Positions 10,347-21,848 are shown, numbered from the stretch's first letter. The stretch is 64,000 bases of DNA from Promethearchaeia archaeon (GCA_029856125.1 JAHQWJ010000120.1:128001-192000); one strand, 5' to 3'. The notes: generated by a model from the sequence alone, not told the origin. Translations and numbers: made by a program.

Positions 10347-13300
10347 ATGCCATTAGATAAATCGATAAAAAAAGCGTTAGTATTAGGTTCTGGTGGAATA
10401 CGGATTGGTCAAGCTGGAGAGTTTGATTATTCTGGAAGTCAAGTTCTTAAAGCCTTGAAAGAAGAGGGTATAAAAACAATACTTATAAACCCAAATATTG
10501 CGACTATCCAAACTGACCCTGAATTATCAGATCAAGTTTACTTACTACCGGTAAACGTTAAATATGTGGAAGAAGTAATAAAGAAAGAGAAACCAGATGG
10601 CATACTGTTGGCGTTTGGAGGTCAAACTGCTTTAAATGTCGGAGTTGAGCTTAAAGAACAAGGGATATTAGAAAAATACAATATCCGAGTTCTTGGTACG
10701 CCGATAGAAGCGATCGAGGTTACAGAAGATCGAGATTTATTCGTAAAAGCTATGAACAAAGCCGATGCAAAAGTGTGCCGAAGTAAAGCGGTAACATCAT
10801 ATAAAGTGGCGGTAAAAGTAGCTCAAGAATTTGGTTTTCCTTTAATGCTTAGAGTTGCTTACACCTTAGGTGGTAGGGGATCAGGAATCATTGATAATAT
10901 GAAAGATTTCGAAAGAATGGCAAAAAAAGGGTTAGCCCAATCGAGGATTAATCAAATCTTAATCGAGGAATCAGTATGGGGTTGGAAAGAGGTTGAATAC
11001 GAAGTAGTACGAGATTCAGCGAATAATTGTTTTATTAACTGTAACATGGAAAATTTCGATCCTGTGGGAATCCATACTGGAGAGAGTATAGTAGTAGCTC
11101 CGAGTCAAACTTTAACCAACGAAGAATATCATATGCTTCGGTCTGCTTCAATTCGAGTTATTAGGGGTCTTGGGATTATCGGAGAATGCAACATTCAATA
11201 CGCATTAAATCCTTTTTCAAAAGAATTTCGAGTTATTGAAGTTAATGCGCGCCTTTCAAGATCGTCAGCGTTAGCCTCAAAAGCTACTGGATACCCGTTG
11301 GCGTATGTTGCTGCTAAATTAGCAATAGGATATACTTTACCTGAGTTGAAAAATAAGATTACTGGGATTACTACTGCTTGTTTTGAACCCGCATTAGATT
11401 ATTTGGTTCTTAAAATTCCACGATGGGATTTAACTAAATTTCAAAAAGTCGATCGCCGCATAGGTAGTCAAATGAAATCAGTTGGAGAGGTAATGGCGAT
11501 AGGAAGAACATTTGAAGAAGTTCTCCAAAAAGCGGTAAGAATGTTAGATATCGGCATGAAAGGATTAGTTGCAAATGACTTAGAAGATATTGAAGACATA
11601 AGCGAGTTAAAATACGCGTTAAGAAACCCAACTGACTTAAGACTCTTCAGAATTGCTGAAGCAATCAAAAAAGGCATATCAATTGATGAAATTTATCGTT
11701 TATCAAGAGTAGATAAGTGGTTTTTGTATAAATTAAAAAATATTGTAGATCTTAACCGTCAAATTCAAGACATTGAATTGCTTGAATCAGATGATAAGGA
11801 GAAGAAATATTGGTTAGAAAGAGCTAAAAGATATGGGTTTTCAGATGGACAGATTGCTAAAATAATGGGGGTCGATTCGATTTTCATACGGCAAATGAGA
11901 AGAAGGTTAAATATTCAGCCCTATGTTAAAAGGATTGATACTTTAGCAGCTGAATGGCCAGCCGTAACGAATTATCTTTATCTAACCTACAGCGCTTCTG
12001 AACACGATATTGATTTTGAAAGCGAATATAAATCTAACCTTACAAAAGTTATAGTGTTAGGTTCAGGAACTTATCGCATTGGTGCTTCTGTGGAATTTGA
12101 TTGGGGGTCGGTCAATTGTTTATGGGGATTAAAAAAGCTAGGAATCGATCAGGCAATAATGATAAATTATAATCCAGAAACAGTATCGACTGATTACGAT
12201 ATATCTGATAAGCTTTATTTTGAAGAATTATCTGGAGAAAGAGTGCTGGATATTTGCGAGTTAGAAAAGGCTGATGGTATAGTAGTTTCTGCAGGAGGGC
12301 AAATAGCAAATAACTTGGCTGCTAAATTTTCTAAATATTCAGATTTTTTCAGAAAGGCAAGCATAAAAATTCTCGGTACTCACGGAACGCGCATAGATAT
12401 GGCAGAAGACAGAAGCAAATTCAGTACTTTATTAGATCAGTTAAGTATTAAGCAACCCGAATGGAATGCTTTAACTACTAAAGAAGGAGCCATTGAATTT
12501 GCTCAAAAGGTTGGTTATCCTATATTAGTTAGGCCTTCATACGTATTAAGTGGCGCCGCGATGAGGGTCTCTTATGACGAAAAGACGCTTCAAGATACCT
12601 TAGACCTCGCAGTATCTATATCGAGCGATTATCCCGTTGTTATAACTAAATTTTTTATAAACGCCCGAGAAATTGAGTGTGATGGCGTATGCGATGGTGA
12701 AAATGTGCTTATCGGTGCAATTGTAGAACATATTGAGAATGCTGGTATTCACAGTGGAGATGCAACTATGGCTATACCACCTCAAACGGTCTCCAACGAA
12801 GTTACGTCAAAAATTGAAGAATATACCAAAAAAATCGCTCTAGCATTAAAAATTCACGGTCCTTTTAACGTTCAATATCTAGTTAAAAATAATGAGGTTT
12901 ATGTTATTGAGTGTAACCTGCGCTCAAGTCGAAGCATGCCCTATGTTTCCAAATCTCGGGGTATTAATTTAATGAGACTTGCGGCTGAAGTTATTATGGG
13001 TGGCAAAATTCCAAAAAGATTAATGAATCTTCCTTTAGGAAACTATGTTTCAGTTAAAGCGCCTATGTTTTCTTTTATGAGACTTGATAAAGCAGATCCC
13101 GTTCTGGGCGTAGAAATGAGTTCTACGGGCGAAGTAGCATGCATAGGTGAAAACTTTCCTGATGCCCTTATGAAATCGTTAGAAGCTGCTGATATGAATA
13201 TTCCAATAGAGGGAGGAAATATACTAATTTCCGTAGGTGGAGAAAAATTGAAAAATGAAGTAATCCCCTTGGCAAAAGAGATTAGTGAACTAGGATTTAC

Positions 13301-13658
13301 TATATTTGCGACAGAAGATACTAAGAATGCTTTAACAAGGAATAACATAAACGCTGTAAAACTTTATAAGGTTCACGAATACGGATTGGAGCCTAATATT
13401 ATGCAATGTTTGCAGGATGGGCGCATAGACATGGTAATCAACATTCCATTGCCAACCACAGTAGAAGAAAAATTTAAAATCATAATGGAGGACGAATACA
13501 AAATTAGACGGATGGCTGTAGACTACAATATTCCAGTAATAATCAATCTACAGCTAGCAAAAGCTGTTATCGACGCTATAAAAAATACGCGTGAAAAGAA
13601 AATTGAAATAAAGTCGCTTAACGAGTATCATCAAACGTTAAAAGAAGTGTATTGGTAA
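10347..13658 (+). CDS. carB: Carbamoyl-phosphate synthase large subunit
   Basis: IGQAGEFDYSG, two ATP-grasp halves, MGS domain; start moved to ATG 10347 (MPLDK), just after the carA stop. Confidence 0.97.
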   Translation: MPLDKSIKKALVLGSGGIRIGQAGEFDYSGSQVLKALKEEGIKTILINPNIATIQTDPELSDQVYLLPVNVKYVEEVIKKEKPDGILLAFGGQTALNVGVELKEQGILEKYNIRVLGTPIEAIEVTEDRDLFVKAMNKADAKVCRSKAVTSYKVAVKVAQEFGFPLMLRVAYTLGGRGSGIIDNMKDFERMAKKGLAQSRINQILIEESVWGWKEVEYEVVRDSANNCFINCNMENFDPVGIHTGESIVVAPSQTLTNEEYHMLRSASIRVIRGLGIIGECNIQYALNPFSKEFRVIEVNARLSRSSALASKATGYPLAYVAAKLAIGYTLPELKNKITGITTACFEPALDYLVLKIPRWDLTKFQKVDRRIGSQMKSVGEVMAIGRTFEEVLQKAVRMLDIGMKGLVANDLEDIEDISELKYALRNPTDLRLFRIAEAIKKGISIDEIYRLSRVDKWFLYKLKNIVDLNRQIQDIELLESDDKEKKYWLERAKRYGFSDGQIAKIMGVDSIFIRQMRRRLNIQPYVKRIDTLAAEWPAVTNYLYLTYSASEHDIDFESEYKSNLTKVIVLGSGTYRIGASVEFDWGSVNCLWGLKKLGIDQAIMINYNPETVSTDYDISDKLYFEELSGERVLDICELEKADGIVVSAGGQIANNLAAKFSKYSDFFRKASIKILGTHGTRIDMAEDRSKFSTLLDQLSIKQPEWNALTTKEGAIEFAQKVGYPILVRPSYVLSGAAMRVSYDEKTLQDTLDLAVSISSDYPVVITKFFINAREIECDGVCDGENVLIGAIVEHIENAGIHSGDATMAIPPQTVSNEVTSKIEEYTKKIALALKIHGPFNVQYLVKNNEVYVIECNLRSSRSMPYVSKSRGINLMRLAAEVIMGGKIPKRLMNLPLGNYVSVKAPMFSFMRLDKADPVLGVEMSSTGEVACIGENFPDALMKSLEAADMNIPIEGGNILISVGGEKLKNEVIPLAKEISELGFTIFATEDTKNALTRNNINAVKLYKVHEYGLEPNIMQCLQDGRIDMVINIPLPTTVEEKFKIIMEDEYKIRRMAVDYNIPVIINLQLAKAVIDAIKNTREKKIEIKSLNEYHQTLKEVYW

Positions 13659-13688
13659 GAGAAATTAAAAAAAAAAAGATTTATTTAT

Positions 13689-14714
13689 CTACGGGATTTT
13701 ATTTAATTTTACGAAGAGAAGGGGTACTACATATCCTAGAATGAAACCAATGATAGCATACCTAGCAAATCTGTAGAACACCGAATCGAATACACCTTTA
13801 ATTGCTTCAAGACCAAAGTAAACTACAAATAAAATTACCATTCCTATTGCTAAATTAATAATTTTCCATTTCAAATCTAATTTACTTGGTTCATATTTAA
13901 CGTACTCGTTTTCAAGAACATATGCGATTCCAAATCCTAAAAATATTCCACCAACTTGAGAAAATTGTCCACTATCATTGAATGCGTCAGGAACCGGTAA
14001 GAGAACTGTTCCTGAAGTAGGAAACAAAAATATACCTAATAAGAAGAGTACTATAGATGCAACTACAATAACAATCAACTTGATTGGTAGGTTTAAAGCG
14101 TTAAATTGTTTCGTACCATATGGTTCTAAATACATAAAAAATAAGAGCACAACAAGTCCTATTGAAAATCCTCCTATCACATCTTGAAGGTCATGAACAC
14201 CGATGATCATTCTTGATATAGCAACAAGAAAAATAATAATTCCCAAGATTATAACAATATAAAGCCTCTTTCGAAAATTGTATCCTATATAGCCCCATGT
14301 GCCTATGGCATTTTGGGTATGCCCTGATGGAAATCCATAGGATGTCCATGCTAATCCAGCAGGGTTTTCTGGTGAGACTTCTCCTAGATCGATGTTAGTA
14401 GCTGGTCGTGGATCCATAAAAATATTCTTAAAGAATTCATTTAAATAAGTTGTGAATAATAAACTCAAAGCTAAATTTTTGGCAAACCTCTTATCATATA
14501 TGAGATAGAAAAAAGCCACCATCACGATAAACACAATGGGTTCGCCAAGATAGGTAATTGCTTTAAAGATAGAACGTATTGTTGAGGAGGAACTATAGAA
14601 AGCTTCATTAAACCCCAAACCTAGAAGGATTAATCCCACTACTAGCACAACTACAAAGATAACACTGACAGTTATTAATTCTTTTTTACTAAGGTTTTTA
14701 TTACTCTCTGACAT
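13689..14714 (-). CDS. PAP2 family membrane phosphatase
   Basis: K-x5-RP, FPSGH and SRMIIGVH motifs; multiple TM segments. Confidence 0.9.
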   Translation of the reverse strand: MSESNKNLSKKELITVSVIFVVVLVVGLILLGLGFNEAFYSSSSTIRSIFKAITYLGEPIVFIVMVAFFYLIYDKRFAKNLALSLLFTTYLNEFFKNIFMDPRPATNIDLGEVSPENPAGLAWTSYGFPSGHTQNAIGTWGYIGYNFRKRLYIVIILGIIIFLVAISRMIIGVHDLQDVIGGFSIGLVVLLFFMYLEPYGTKQFNALNLPIKLIVIVVASIVLFLLGIFLFPTSGTVLLPVPDAFNDSGQFSQVGGIFLGFGIAYVLENEYVKYEPSKLDLKWKIINLAIGMVILFVVYFGLEAIKGVFDSVFYRFARYAIIGFILGYVVPLLFVKLNKIP

Positions 14715-14937
14715 TAGACATCACTAATGTTATTTTGGTAAAAGAAAATCGATTTAATAGTTAATAAATCTTTTGCATAAAATTACCGGTAAAAATATAA
14801 TTTCACCATTAATAAAAACCATGAAAAAAAATAAATAGTAATTAAATTTTGCTTTAGATAACTATTAGATAGCAGTTTAAATCTGAGGAGTAACAAAAAT
14901 ATCGGGTGTCAAATAGATTTACTATCGAGGATACATT

Positions 14938-15204
14938 TTGGTTCGCTTGAAGATCATCGGAACTCAGTGGAAGATCGTAGAGAAATTAAAATATTTTCAC
15001 CCGATTGAAGGCCATAATTGGAAGATTACTTACTCATCACCTACTTACGGTGGATGGGATTTAATTATAGAATGTGTATTTAATAACCTAGGTGATTTGG
15101 ATGAGATCGTATCATTTTTCCGGACGGACAACGATTTGAAAGACTGGATCGATGCAACAACTACCCTAATTAGCACAAAAAAAACCTTTGATATCAAGTT
15201 ATGA
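14938..15204 (+). CDS. Stand-alone Lrp/AsnC ligand-binding (RAM)-like small protein
   Basis: TYGGWDLIIE and T-T-T-L-I pattern of the Lrp C-terminal domain; no HTH; TTG start with GAGG upstream. Confidence 0.6.
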   Translation: MVRLKIIGTQWKIVEKLKYFHPIEGHNWKITYSSPTYGGWDLIIECVFNNLGDLDEIVSFFRTDNDLKDWIDATTTLISTKKTFDIKL

Positions 15205-15210
15205 ACAATT

Positions 15211-16209
15211 TCAAATCAAATTGTTTATAATTATTTCTGAAATATCTGATGAATACTCGCCCGTTCTCCTGATACTCTCAATAATAAAACCTATTTCTAC
15301 AAGGTATTCTGAATTAGGGCTGATTTTAATGGCGTTACACGCTTTTGTTAACTTTTTTATCGATTCAATATTTTCGTTTGCTAAATTTAAATCTTTTTGA
15401 AGCCAGGCATCTAAACTCATATTTAGTAATTCTAGTGAGATTTCGCTTGCTTTCATAATGTTATTGTATAATTCCTTATCGATTTTTTGATAGTCTATTA
15501 GAATTACATTTTTTGCTATTTTTACGGCGTGATCACCTATTCGTTCCAAAAACCTGCTTATAAATTTGTAATTACTAGCATCGTCCAAGGTAATATCTAA
15601 TTTTTGACATAAAATTATGTCGCGTAATACGATGTGGGCTTGGCGTTCAACTAACCAATTTAATCTATCAATATCATCGTCACTTTCAATTACTTTTTTT
15701 GCTAACGCTTTATCCCCTGTTTCTAAGGCTTTAAGTGCGTCCTCGTGCATACCGTTAGCTAAAATATACATTCTTTTTATGGTTTTTTCGAAGGGTATTT
15801 CTGTAGGGTCCACTAAATCTTTTATTTTAATATAATTTTCTGATTCCTCTTCGATTTCTGTACCTATAGTAATTTTACTAAACACTCTAACTGTATGTTT
15901 GATATCGGAATCAAATTTTCTACTAGATATCACTTTTATAACGTTGTAACCCATGATATAAGCACCAATTAAGAGTCTGAATAAGAAATCTGGATCTTTA
16001 ATTTCTTCAGCATCAAAGACTTTTTCTTTAATATTCTTTTCTGAACTCATGTATGGAGTAATTAACAAATTCCCATCAGGTTGTGAAAGAATTCCAATTG
16101 TATCTTTAGCTTTAATTTCATGTTTATTTATCCATTCCTTTGGTAAACTAATAATAAAAGACGATCCACCCGTTTTTTGTACTTTCCTTGCTTCAATATT
16201 GAATGACAT
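15211..16209 (-). CDS. phoU: Archaeal phosphate uptake regulator (AbrB + PhoU domains)
   Basis: RKVQKTGGSSFIISLPKEW N-terminus; DDDIDR and ERIGDH PhoU repeats. Confidence 0.9.
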   Translation of the reverse strand: MSFNIEARKVQKTGGSSFIISLPKEWINKHEIKAKDTIGILSQPDGNLLITPYMSSEKNIKEKVFDAEEIKDPDFLFRLLIGAYIMGYNVIKVISSRKFDSDIKHTVRVFSKITIGTEIEEESENYIKIKDLVDPTEIPFEKTIKRMYILANGMHEDALKALETGDKALAKKVIESDDDIDRLNWLVERQAHIVLRDIILCQKLDITLDDASNYKFISRFLERIGDHAVKIAKNVILIDYQKIDKELYNNIMKASEISLELLNMSLDAWLQKDLNLANENIESIKKLTKACNAIKISPNSEYLVEIGFIIESIRRTGEYSSDISEIIINNLI

Positions 16210-16420
16210 AACTTTTTCACTTTAAGTTAAAATTTGATATATATATAATATTATTTTTATGATACTAAATATATACTATCTTAATATTCTATATATTTCC
16301 AAAAATTCAAAAATCCCAAATTGGAGATTTTATAGTTTAAAATCCAAAGTTTAAGATACCTTTATATAACTGGAATGTATCTTTTTTTTATATAATTAGA
16401 CATCAAAGTATCATTTCAAA

Positions 16421-16618
16421 ATGGAAAGTAAGTTTAACATCTGCCCTAGATGTAAGGGCGCTAGAATAATAGATATGGGCGATACCATTGATTGCCCAGA
16501 TTGCAGATTAGAATTTGAAAAAGCTGATATTAAAACCCTAGAATCAGCCCAAATTCTCGCAGTATCTGAAAAACTTGATTTTATAAGAAGCATTAAGAAC
16601 AATAAGAATAAAACCTGA
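16421..16618 (+). CDS. Small Zn-ribbon protein
   Basis: CPRC-x14-CPDC; likely start ATG near 16421. Confidence 0.7.
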   Translation: MESKFNICPRCKGARIIDMGDTIDCPDCRLEFEKADIKTLESAQILAVSEKLDFIRSIKNNKNKT

Positions 16619-16763
16619 TTTTTTTTTTGAAGTAAATACTTTTTTTGTTATATTCTTCACTTATAGCTTATAGATACAAATTCTATTAACGAATGGATAT
16701 TTTTCTAATTTAAAGTTGAAGATAAAAGATTAGCTTTTTATTAATTATAATTATTGAAAGAGA

Positions 16764-18599
16764 ATGACACTGAATAAGAAAAAATTAGTTTCTGAGCCTA
16801 TAGTGGAATTTTCAACTGGTAAAGATCCTTATATTAAAGCACGGAAAAAGGGGGCGACTAGATGGATTTTAGCTCATGTATTTCATGGCTCAAACAAGTT
16901 GTTTATAACAATTATAATTTTTATGATTATTCTTTCTGCAAATCTATCCTCTATTACATATATTATAATAGGCGAAACAATATCAGCACTGTTGGGTGGA
17001 TTTACCGCACTATTAGGAAATTATATTTTAGTTTTGTTTATCTTAGGGATAGCAAGTCCTGTAATGAGGATTGTAAGTCGCATGTTAGTAGAGATTTTAG
17101 CGCAGAGGTTAGAAAGAGATGCGCGAAGAGAGTTTTTTACAAATCTATTAGGAAAAAGCCAATCCTTTCACGAGCAAATGAAAATTGGAGAATTAATGGC
17201 AAGAGTAACTGATGATGTAAGGATGTTGAATTTCTTAATTAGCCCTGCTCTTTCATTAATCGTAGAATCGTTTACATTTTTATTTATTCCAGTTATTTAC
17301 ATTGTTTTATATTACCCTTTACAGTTAATAATTGAACCTATATTCTTTTCTATTTCATTTCTTATCTTATTGAGGTCTTATTCTCGTAAAATTGGACCTA
17401 TAACGGGTCGTTTAAGAGGAAATTTTGGATTAATGACTGCTACTTTAAGCGAGACCTTGTCGGGAATCGAAGTGGTAAAAGCTACCGTCCAAGAAGCAAA
17501 GGAAAGGAAAAAATATTTTACGCACGCTAATAATTACAAAAATGCGTTTATCGAGCGAGGTAAGTTACAAGCAAAGTATCTTCCGATTTTAGTTTTAGCA
17601 TTAGTTATAACCGCAGGTTTTGCACACAGTATTCTGTTATTTAATTTCGGATTAATGAATATTGGGCAAATTGTTGCTTTTTTAGGTATTTTGGGAATGT
17701 TACGTTTTCCGACAAACATTTCTATGTTTGTTTTTGCCATATTTCGTTTAGCAGGATCAAGTGCTGATAGATTACTTGAGTTGATGAATAAAAAGACTGA
17801 AATTGACGAAAACAAAGAAGGCAAAGAAATTATTTTCAAGGGAAATATAGCGTTTGAGAAAGTAGAATTTACTTACCCTGATAGTAAAAAGCCGGTGTTA
17901 AAGGATATTTCTTTTGAAGTTCAAACTGGGCAAACAGTTGCGATAGTTGGCACAACTGGATCTGGAAAAACTACGCTAACCAAACTAATCTCCCGACTCT
18001 ACGATGTTTCTAACGGTAGAATACTAATAGATGGAAGTGATATTCGGGAATACTCTTTACAATCTTTACGAGATCAAATTTCTTATATTGAGCAAGATGT
18101 ATTCTTATTCTCTACTACAATTTTTGATAATATATCTTTTGGAAGAGTAAGTTCATTGGAGCAAGTTATTAATGTAGCTCAGCAGGCACAGGCTCATGAT
18201 TTTATCAGTGAGTTGCCTGAAGAATACCAGTCGAAGGTAGGAGAAAGAGGGGTTCAGCTTAGTGGGGGCGAAAGACAAAGAATTGCCATCGCACGCGCCT
18301 TTTTATCCGATCCTCGTATTCTTATTTTAGACGATTCAACTTCAGCTATAGATTCTAACACAGAGGACAAAATTCAGTTTGCAATTAAAAACATTCTGAA
18401 AAATCGCACTACCATTTTAATAACGCACCGATTATCCCAAATTAGGTGGGCTGATTTAATTTTAGTTTTAAAAAATGGTAAAATAGTCGCTAAAGGGAAC
18501 CATGAAGAATTATTAAATACATCTGAAGAATATCGCAAAATTTTTGTAAAGAAATTCGATATCGAAGAAGATCAGTTGCTTAAGGAGGTGAGAAAATAG
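16764..18599 (+). CDS. Heterodimeric ABC exporter, subunit 1 (TMD-NBD)
   Basis: GTTGSGKT, LSGGERQ, degenerate Walker B ILDDSTS. Confidence 0.93.
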   Translation: MTLNKKKLVSEPIVEFSTGKDPYIKARKKGATRWILAHVFHGSNKLFITIIIFMIILSANLSSITYIIIGETISALLGGFTALLGNYILVLFILGIASPVMRIVSRMLVEILAQRLERDARREFFTNLLGKSQSFHEQMKIGELMARVTDDVRMLNFLISPALSLIVESFTFLFIPVIYIVLYYPLQLIIEPIFFSISFLILLRSYSRKIGPITGRLRGNFGLMTATLSETLSGIEVVKATVQEAKERKKYFTHANNYKNAFIERGKLQAKYLPILVLALVITAGFAHSILLFNFGLMNIGQIVAFLGILGMLRFPTNISMFVFAIFRLAGSSADRLLELMNKKTEIDENKEGKEIIFKGNIAFEKVEFTYPDSKKPVLKDISFEVQTGQTVAIVGTTGSGKTTLTKLISRLYDVSNGRILIDGSDIREYSLQSLRDQISYIEQDVFLFSTTIFDNISFGRVSSLEQVINVAQQAQAHDFISELPEEYQSKVGERGVQLSGGERQRIAIARAFLSDPRILILDDSTSAIDSNTEDKIQFAIKNILKNRTTILITHRLSQIRWADLILVLKNGKIVAKGNHEELLNTSEEYRKIFVKKFDIEEDQLLKEVRK

Positions 18600-18600
18600 T

Positions 18601-20418
18601 ATGTGGGTGGGTCTTGAAGCAGAAGAATACGATCGAGTATATCGAGATAAAGACTTATTGAAACGAATTGTATCTTATTTCTCGCCTTATAAACGAGCAA
18701 TGATTCTTGTAATTTTCTTCCTTACAATCTCATCACTTACTACCGCTTTTCTACCTATTATAACTTCTCTCATTATTAGTAATTTAGAAACTTCTCCAGA
18801 TTTAATTTACATTGTATTCTTAATCTTGCTCATTCTTATCTTAAACACTTCGAGCTGGGTTTTTAATTATATTAGACAGATATATTCTAATCGAGTAATT
18901 GGTAGTGTGGTGTTAGATATAAGAAAGAACGCTCACAAATCAGTCGTAAATCACGATTTGTCTTTCTTTGATAAAAACCCCTTGGGTAAAATTGTTTCCA
19001 GAATCAATACAGATAGTAGAGATTTTGGAGAGACAGTTGGAATGTCAATTGAAGTAATCTCCTCTGTGATAGTCTTAGTTCTTTTAATAATTGTGATGTT
19101 TACTGTGAATGTGGTGCTAACTCTCGTTCTTCTTATATCGCTCCCATTATTTTTTATAGCAGCGTTGTCATTTAGGAAATTTGCGAGAAAGATGACTCTT
19201 CTAGGACAACGTGCCTTAGCTTCAGTAAACGCTTATACAAAAGAAAGTTTTTCTGGCATTCAAATAGCAAAGACATTTAGGCGAGAAAAAAAAGTCTACG
19301 ATGACTTCCTTCAAGTGAATAACCAATCCTATAAGGTTAATTTAAAAAGGGCGTTTTTGTTGAACGCTATCTTTCCTACTCTTGGTTTAATTCAAGGTTT
19401 TGTCACGACTTTGTTAATTTTATTCGGAAGTAACTTGGTAATTGAAGGAACTGTTGGAGTAGGAGAATTAGTTCTCTTCATTCAAAGCATAATACTATTG
19501 TTTTTTCCCTTGCTCATCATAGCAACTTTCTGGCCTATGTTTCAAACTGGTATGGCAGCTTCAGAGAGAATTTTTGCTATAATAGATACATTGCCTCTTG
19601 TTGTTCAAACAAATAACATCAAACCTTCTAAATTGAAAGGTGAAATAGAATTCAAAAATTTAACATTTCAATACGATAAGAATAGATTAATCTTCGATAA
19701 TTTTTCACTTAAGGTTAATCCCGGAGAGTCTGTTGCTCTTGTAGGTCACACCGGAGCAGGAAAATCAAGTATCGCAAAGCTTATTGCTCGATTTTATGAA
19801 TTTCAAGGTGGAGATATCTTAGTTGACGGGAAAAGCATAAGAGAATACGATCTTACGGAATATCGGAAACACATCGGTATAATCCCGCAAACTCCATTCT
19901 TATGGGCAGATACCGTTGAAAATAATATCAAATATGGGTATGACAATGCTTCAAAGAAGGATGTAATGCACGCATTGGAAATTAGTGGTGGATCTGAGTG
20001 GATTGAAAACCTTCCTAAAGGGTTACGCACAAATGTTCGCGAAAGAGGCTCTCTTCTCTCAATGGGCCAACGCCAATTAGTTGTTTTTGCTCGAGTTTTG
20101 TTAGAAAACCCTTCAATTCTAATTTTAGACGAAGCAACCGCTTCAGTAGACCCTTTTACAGAAACCCAAATTCAAGATGCACTCGAAAAAACAATTAAAG
20201 GACGATCGTCAATAATTATTGCTCATCGTTTATGGACTGTTAGGCGTGTTGATAAAATTATCGTTCTGGATCATGGGAAAATAGTTGAGGAAGGTAATCA
20301 CGACGAACTGATGAAACGGGGAGGAACATATGCTAGCCTGTATAACACATATTTTAGACACCAATCCTTAGAATACATTGAAGAGATGGGAAAAAATAAA
20401 GCTAAGGATATCGTTTAA
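18601..20418 (+). CDS. Heterodimeric ABC exporter, subunit 2 (TMD-NBD)
   Basis: GHTGAGKS, degenerate signature LSMGQ, ILDEATA; directly coupled to subunit 1. Confidence 0.93.
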   Translation: MWVGLEAEEYDRVYRDKDLLKRIVSYFSPYKRAMILVIFFLTISSLTTAFLPIITSLIISNLETSPDLIYIVFLILLILILNTSSWVFNYIRQIYSNRVIGSVVLDIRKNAHKSVVNHDLSFFDKNPLGKIVSRINTDSRDFGETVGMSIEVISSVIVLVLLIIVMFTVNVVLTLVLLISLPLFFIAALSFRKFARKMTLLGQRALASVNAYTKESFSGIQIAKTFRREKKVYDDFLQVNNQSYKVNLKRAFLLNAIFPTLGLIQGFVTTLLILFGSNLVIEGTVGVGELVLFIQSIILLFFPLLIIATFWPMFQTGMAASERIFAIIDTLPLVVQTNNIKPSKLKGEIEFKNLTFQYDKNRLIFDNFSLKVNPGESVALVGHTGAGKSSIAKLIARFYEFQGGDILVDGKSIREYDLTEYRKHIGIIPQTPFLWADTVENNIKYGYDNASKKDVMHALEISGGSEWIENLPKGLRTNVRERGSLLSMGQRQLVVFARVLLENPSILILDEATASVDPFTETQIQDALEKTIKGRSSIIIAHRLWTVRRVDKIIVLDHGKIVEEGNHDELMKRGGTYASLYNTYFRHQSLEYIEEMGKNKAKDIV

Positions 20419-20471
20419 TTTCTATAAAATTTCATTTGTTTAAAAAATAATAAGAAAATTGAAAAAATATG

Positions 20472-21848
20472 CTACAGACGAGTAATATATCTATTTCTTT
20501 CCCATTCAGAGACAACTGATCTGTAAGCGTCATTTTCTTCTAATTTCGCGTAATAAAAGTTTTTAAACGGTTGTTCCCCGAAGATTTTTTTCATCAATTC
20601 AGAATTCTTAAATTCCTTCAGTGCTTCCATTAGGCTTCCAGGTAAAGCATTAATTCCTTCCTTTTCCATTTCTTTTGATGTAAGATTATACACGTTTCTA
20701 TCTGTAGGTTCAAAAAGTTCAAGGTCTTCGGATAAAAGCCCATACAATCCAGTACTCAAAAGAACAGCAAACTGTAGGTATGGATTACCGGCTGGATCTG
20801 GACAACGAATCTCGCATCTAGCGGCACCTGGCTTTCCATGAAAGTCTGGAACGCGAATTAATGGGGATCTATTGCGAAAACCCCACGCTATATACACGGG
20901 AGCTTCGTATCCTGGCACTAATCTTTTGTATGAGTTTGGCCAACTACTTAAAACAGCGCACATAGCTTTAGCATGCGTTAATTGACCCGCAATCCATTTT
21001 TTCATCGTCTGCGATATATAAGCTGGATCTGATTCGTCATAAAATACATTTTTTCCATCTTTCCAAAGGCTTTGATGACAGTGCATTCCGGAACCGTTTA
21101 TCCCATCAAAAGGTTTAGGCATGAAGGTTGCCGTCATATTATTTTGAGCTGCTACAATTTTAATTATCGTTTTTATCGTAATTGTATTGTCCGCACTTAC
21201 AACTGCTTTATCGTAGCGAAAATCAACTTCGTGTTGACCAAAAGCCACCTCATGATGTAGTTTTTCAATTTCTATTCCCATTTTGTCGCAATATTCTGCA
21301 ATTGTGTAGCGCATGCGTTCGTTAATATCGTATGGATCATAATCAAAATATCCTCGCATGTCAGATGGCTTAAAGGTAGCCTGCTTATGTTCTTGATTTA
21401 ACATAAAAAATTCCATCTCAGGAGCGCATATGTATTCAAATCCATGCTGTTTCGCTTTTTTGACTGCTTTTTGGAGAATATAGCGCGGGTCCCCGTCGTA
21501 ACGCTCGCCCTCTGGTGAATAAATATCACAAATTACTCTGGCTGCTCGATTGTTTGATTCATTGTTACGCCATGGCAACACGTAAAAAGTGCTTGGATCA
21601 GGCAACGCAACTTTATCAGACTCCTCGATCGCTCCATACCCGGTTATAGAACTTCCATCAAAAGCTTCGCCTATTTCAAAGCATTCCTCTATTCTTTTTG
21701 AGTTAATTTCAAAGGATTTAATTAACCCATGAATATCTGTAAATTGAAGGTAAATAAATTTAATGCCTTGCTCTTTAACTTGCTCGATTATGTCTTCGCA
21801 TAATCTCTTCCTATTTGGATCGTCTTTTTCAATCATTTCTAAACTCAT
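20472..21848 (-). CDS. glnA: Glutamine synthetase type I
   Basis: FDGSSI, HHEVAFGQHE, TFMPKP, NGSGMH, SYKRLVPGYEAP, EIRCPDP. Confidence 0.96.
   Translation of the reverse strand: MSLEMIEKDDPNRKRLCEDIIEQVKEQGIKFIYLQFTDIHGLIKSFEINSKRIEECFEIGEAFDGSSITGYGAIEESDKVALPDPSTFYVLPWRNNESNNRAARVICDIYSPEGERYDGDPRYILQKAVKKAKQHGFEYICAPEMEFFMLNQEHKQATFKPSDMRGYFDYDPYDINERMRYTIAEYCDKMGIEIEKLHHEVAFGQHEVDFRYDKAVVSADNTITIKTIIKIVAAQNNMTATFMPKPFDGINGSGMHCHQSLWKDGKNVFYDESDPAYISQTMKKWIAGQLTHAKAMCAVLSSWPNSYKRLVPGYEAPVYIAWGFRNRSPLIRVPDFHGKPGAARCEIRCPDPAGNPYLQFAVLLSTGLYGLLSEDLELFEPTDRNVYNLTSKEMEKEGINALPGSLMEALKEFKNSELMKKIFGEQPFKNFYYAKLEENDAYRSVVSEWERNRYITRL

Noticed and set aside
16764-20418. Degenerate Walker B and signature motifs as a sign of pseudogenes
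   Set aside because: This is the normal asymmetric arrangement of heterodimeric ABC exporters.
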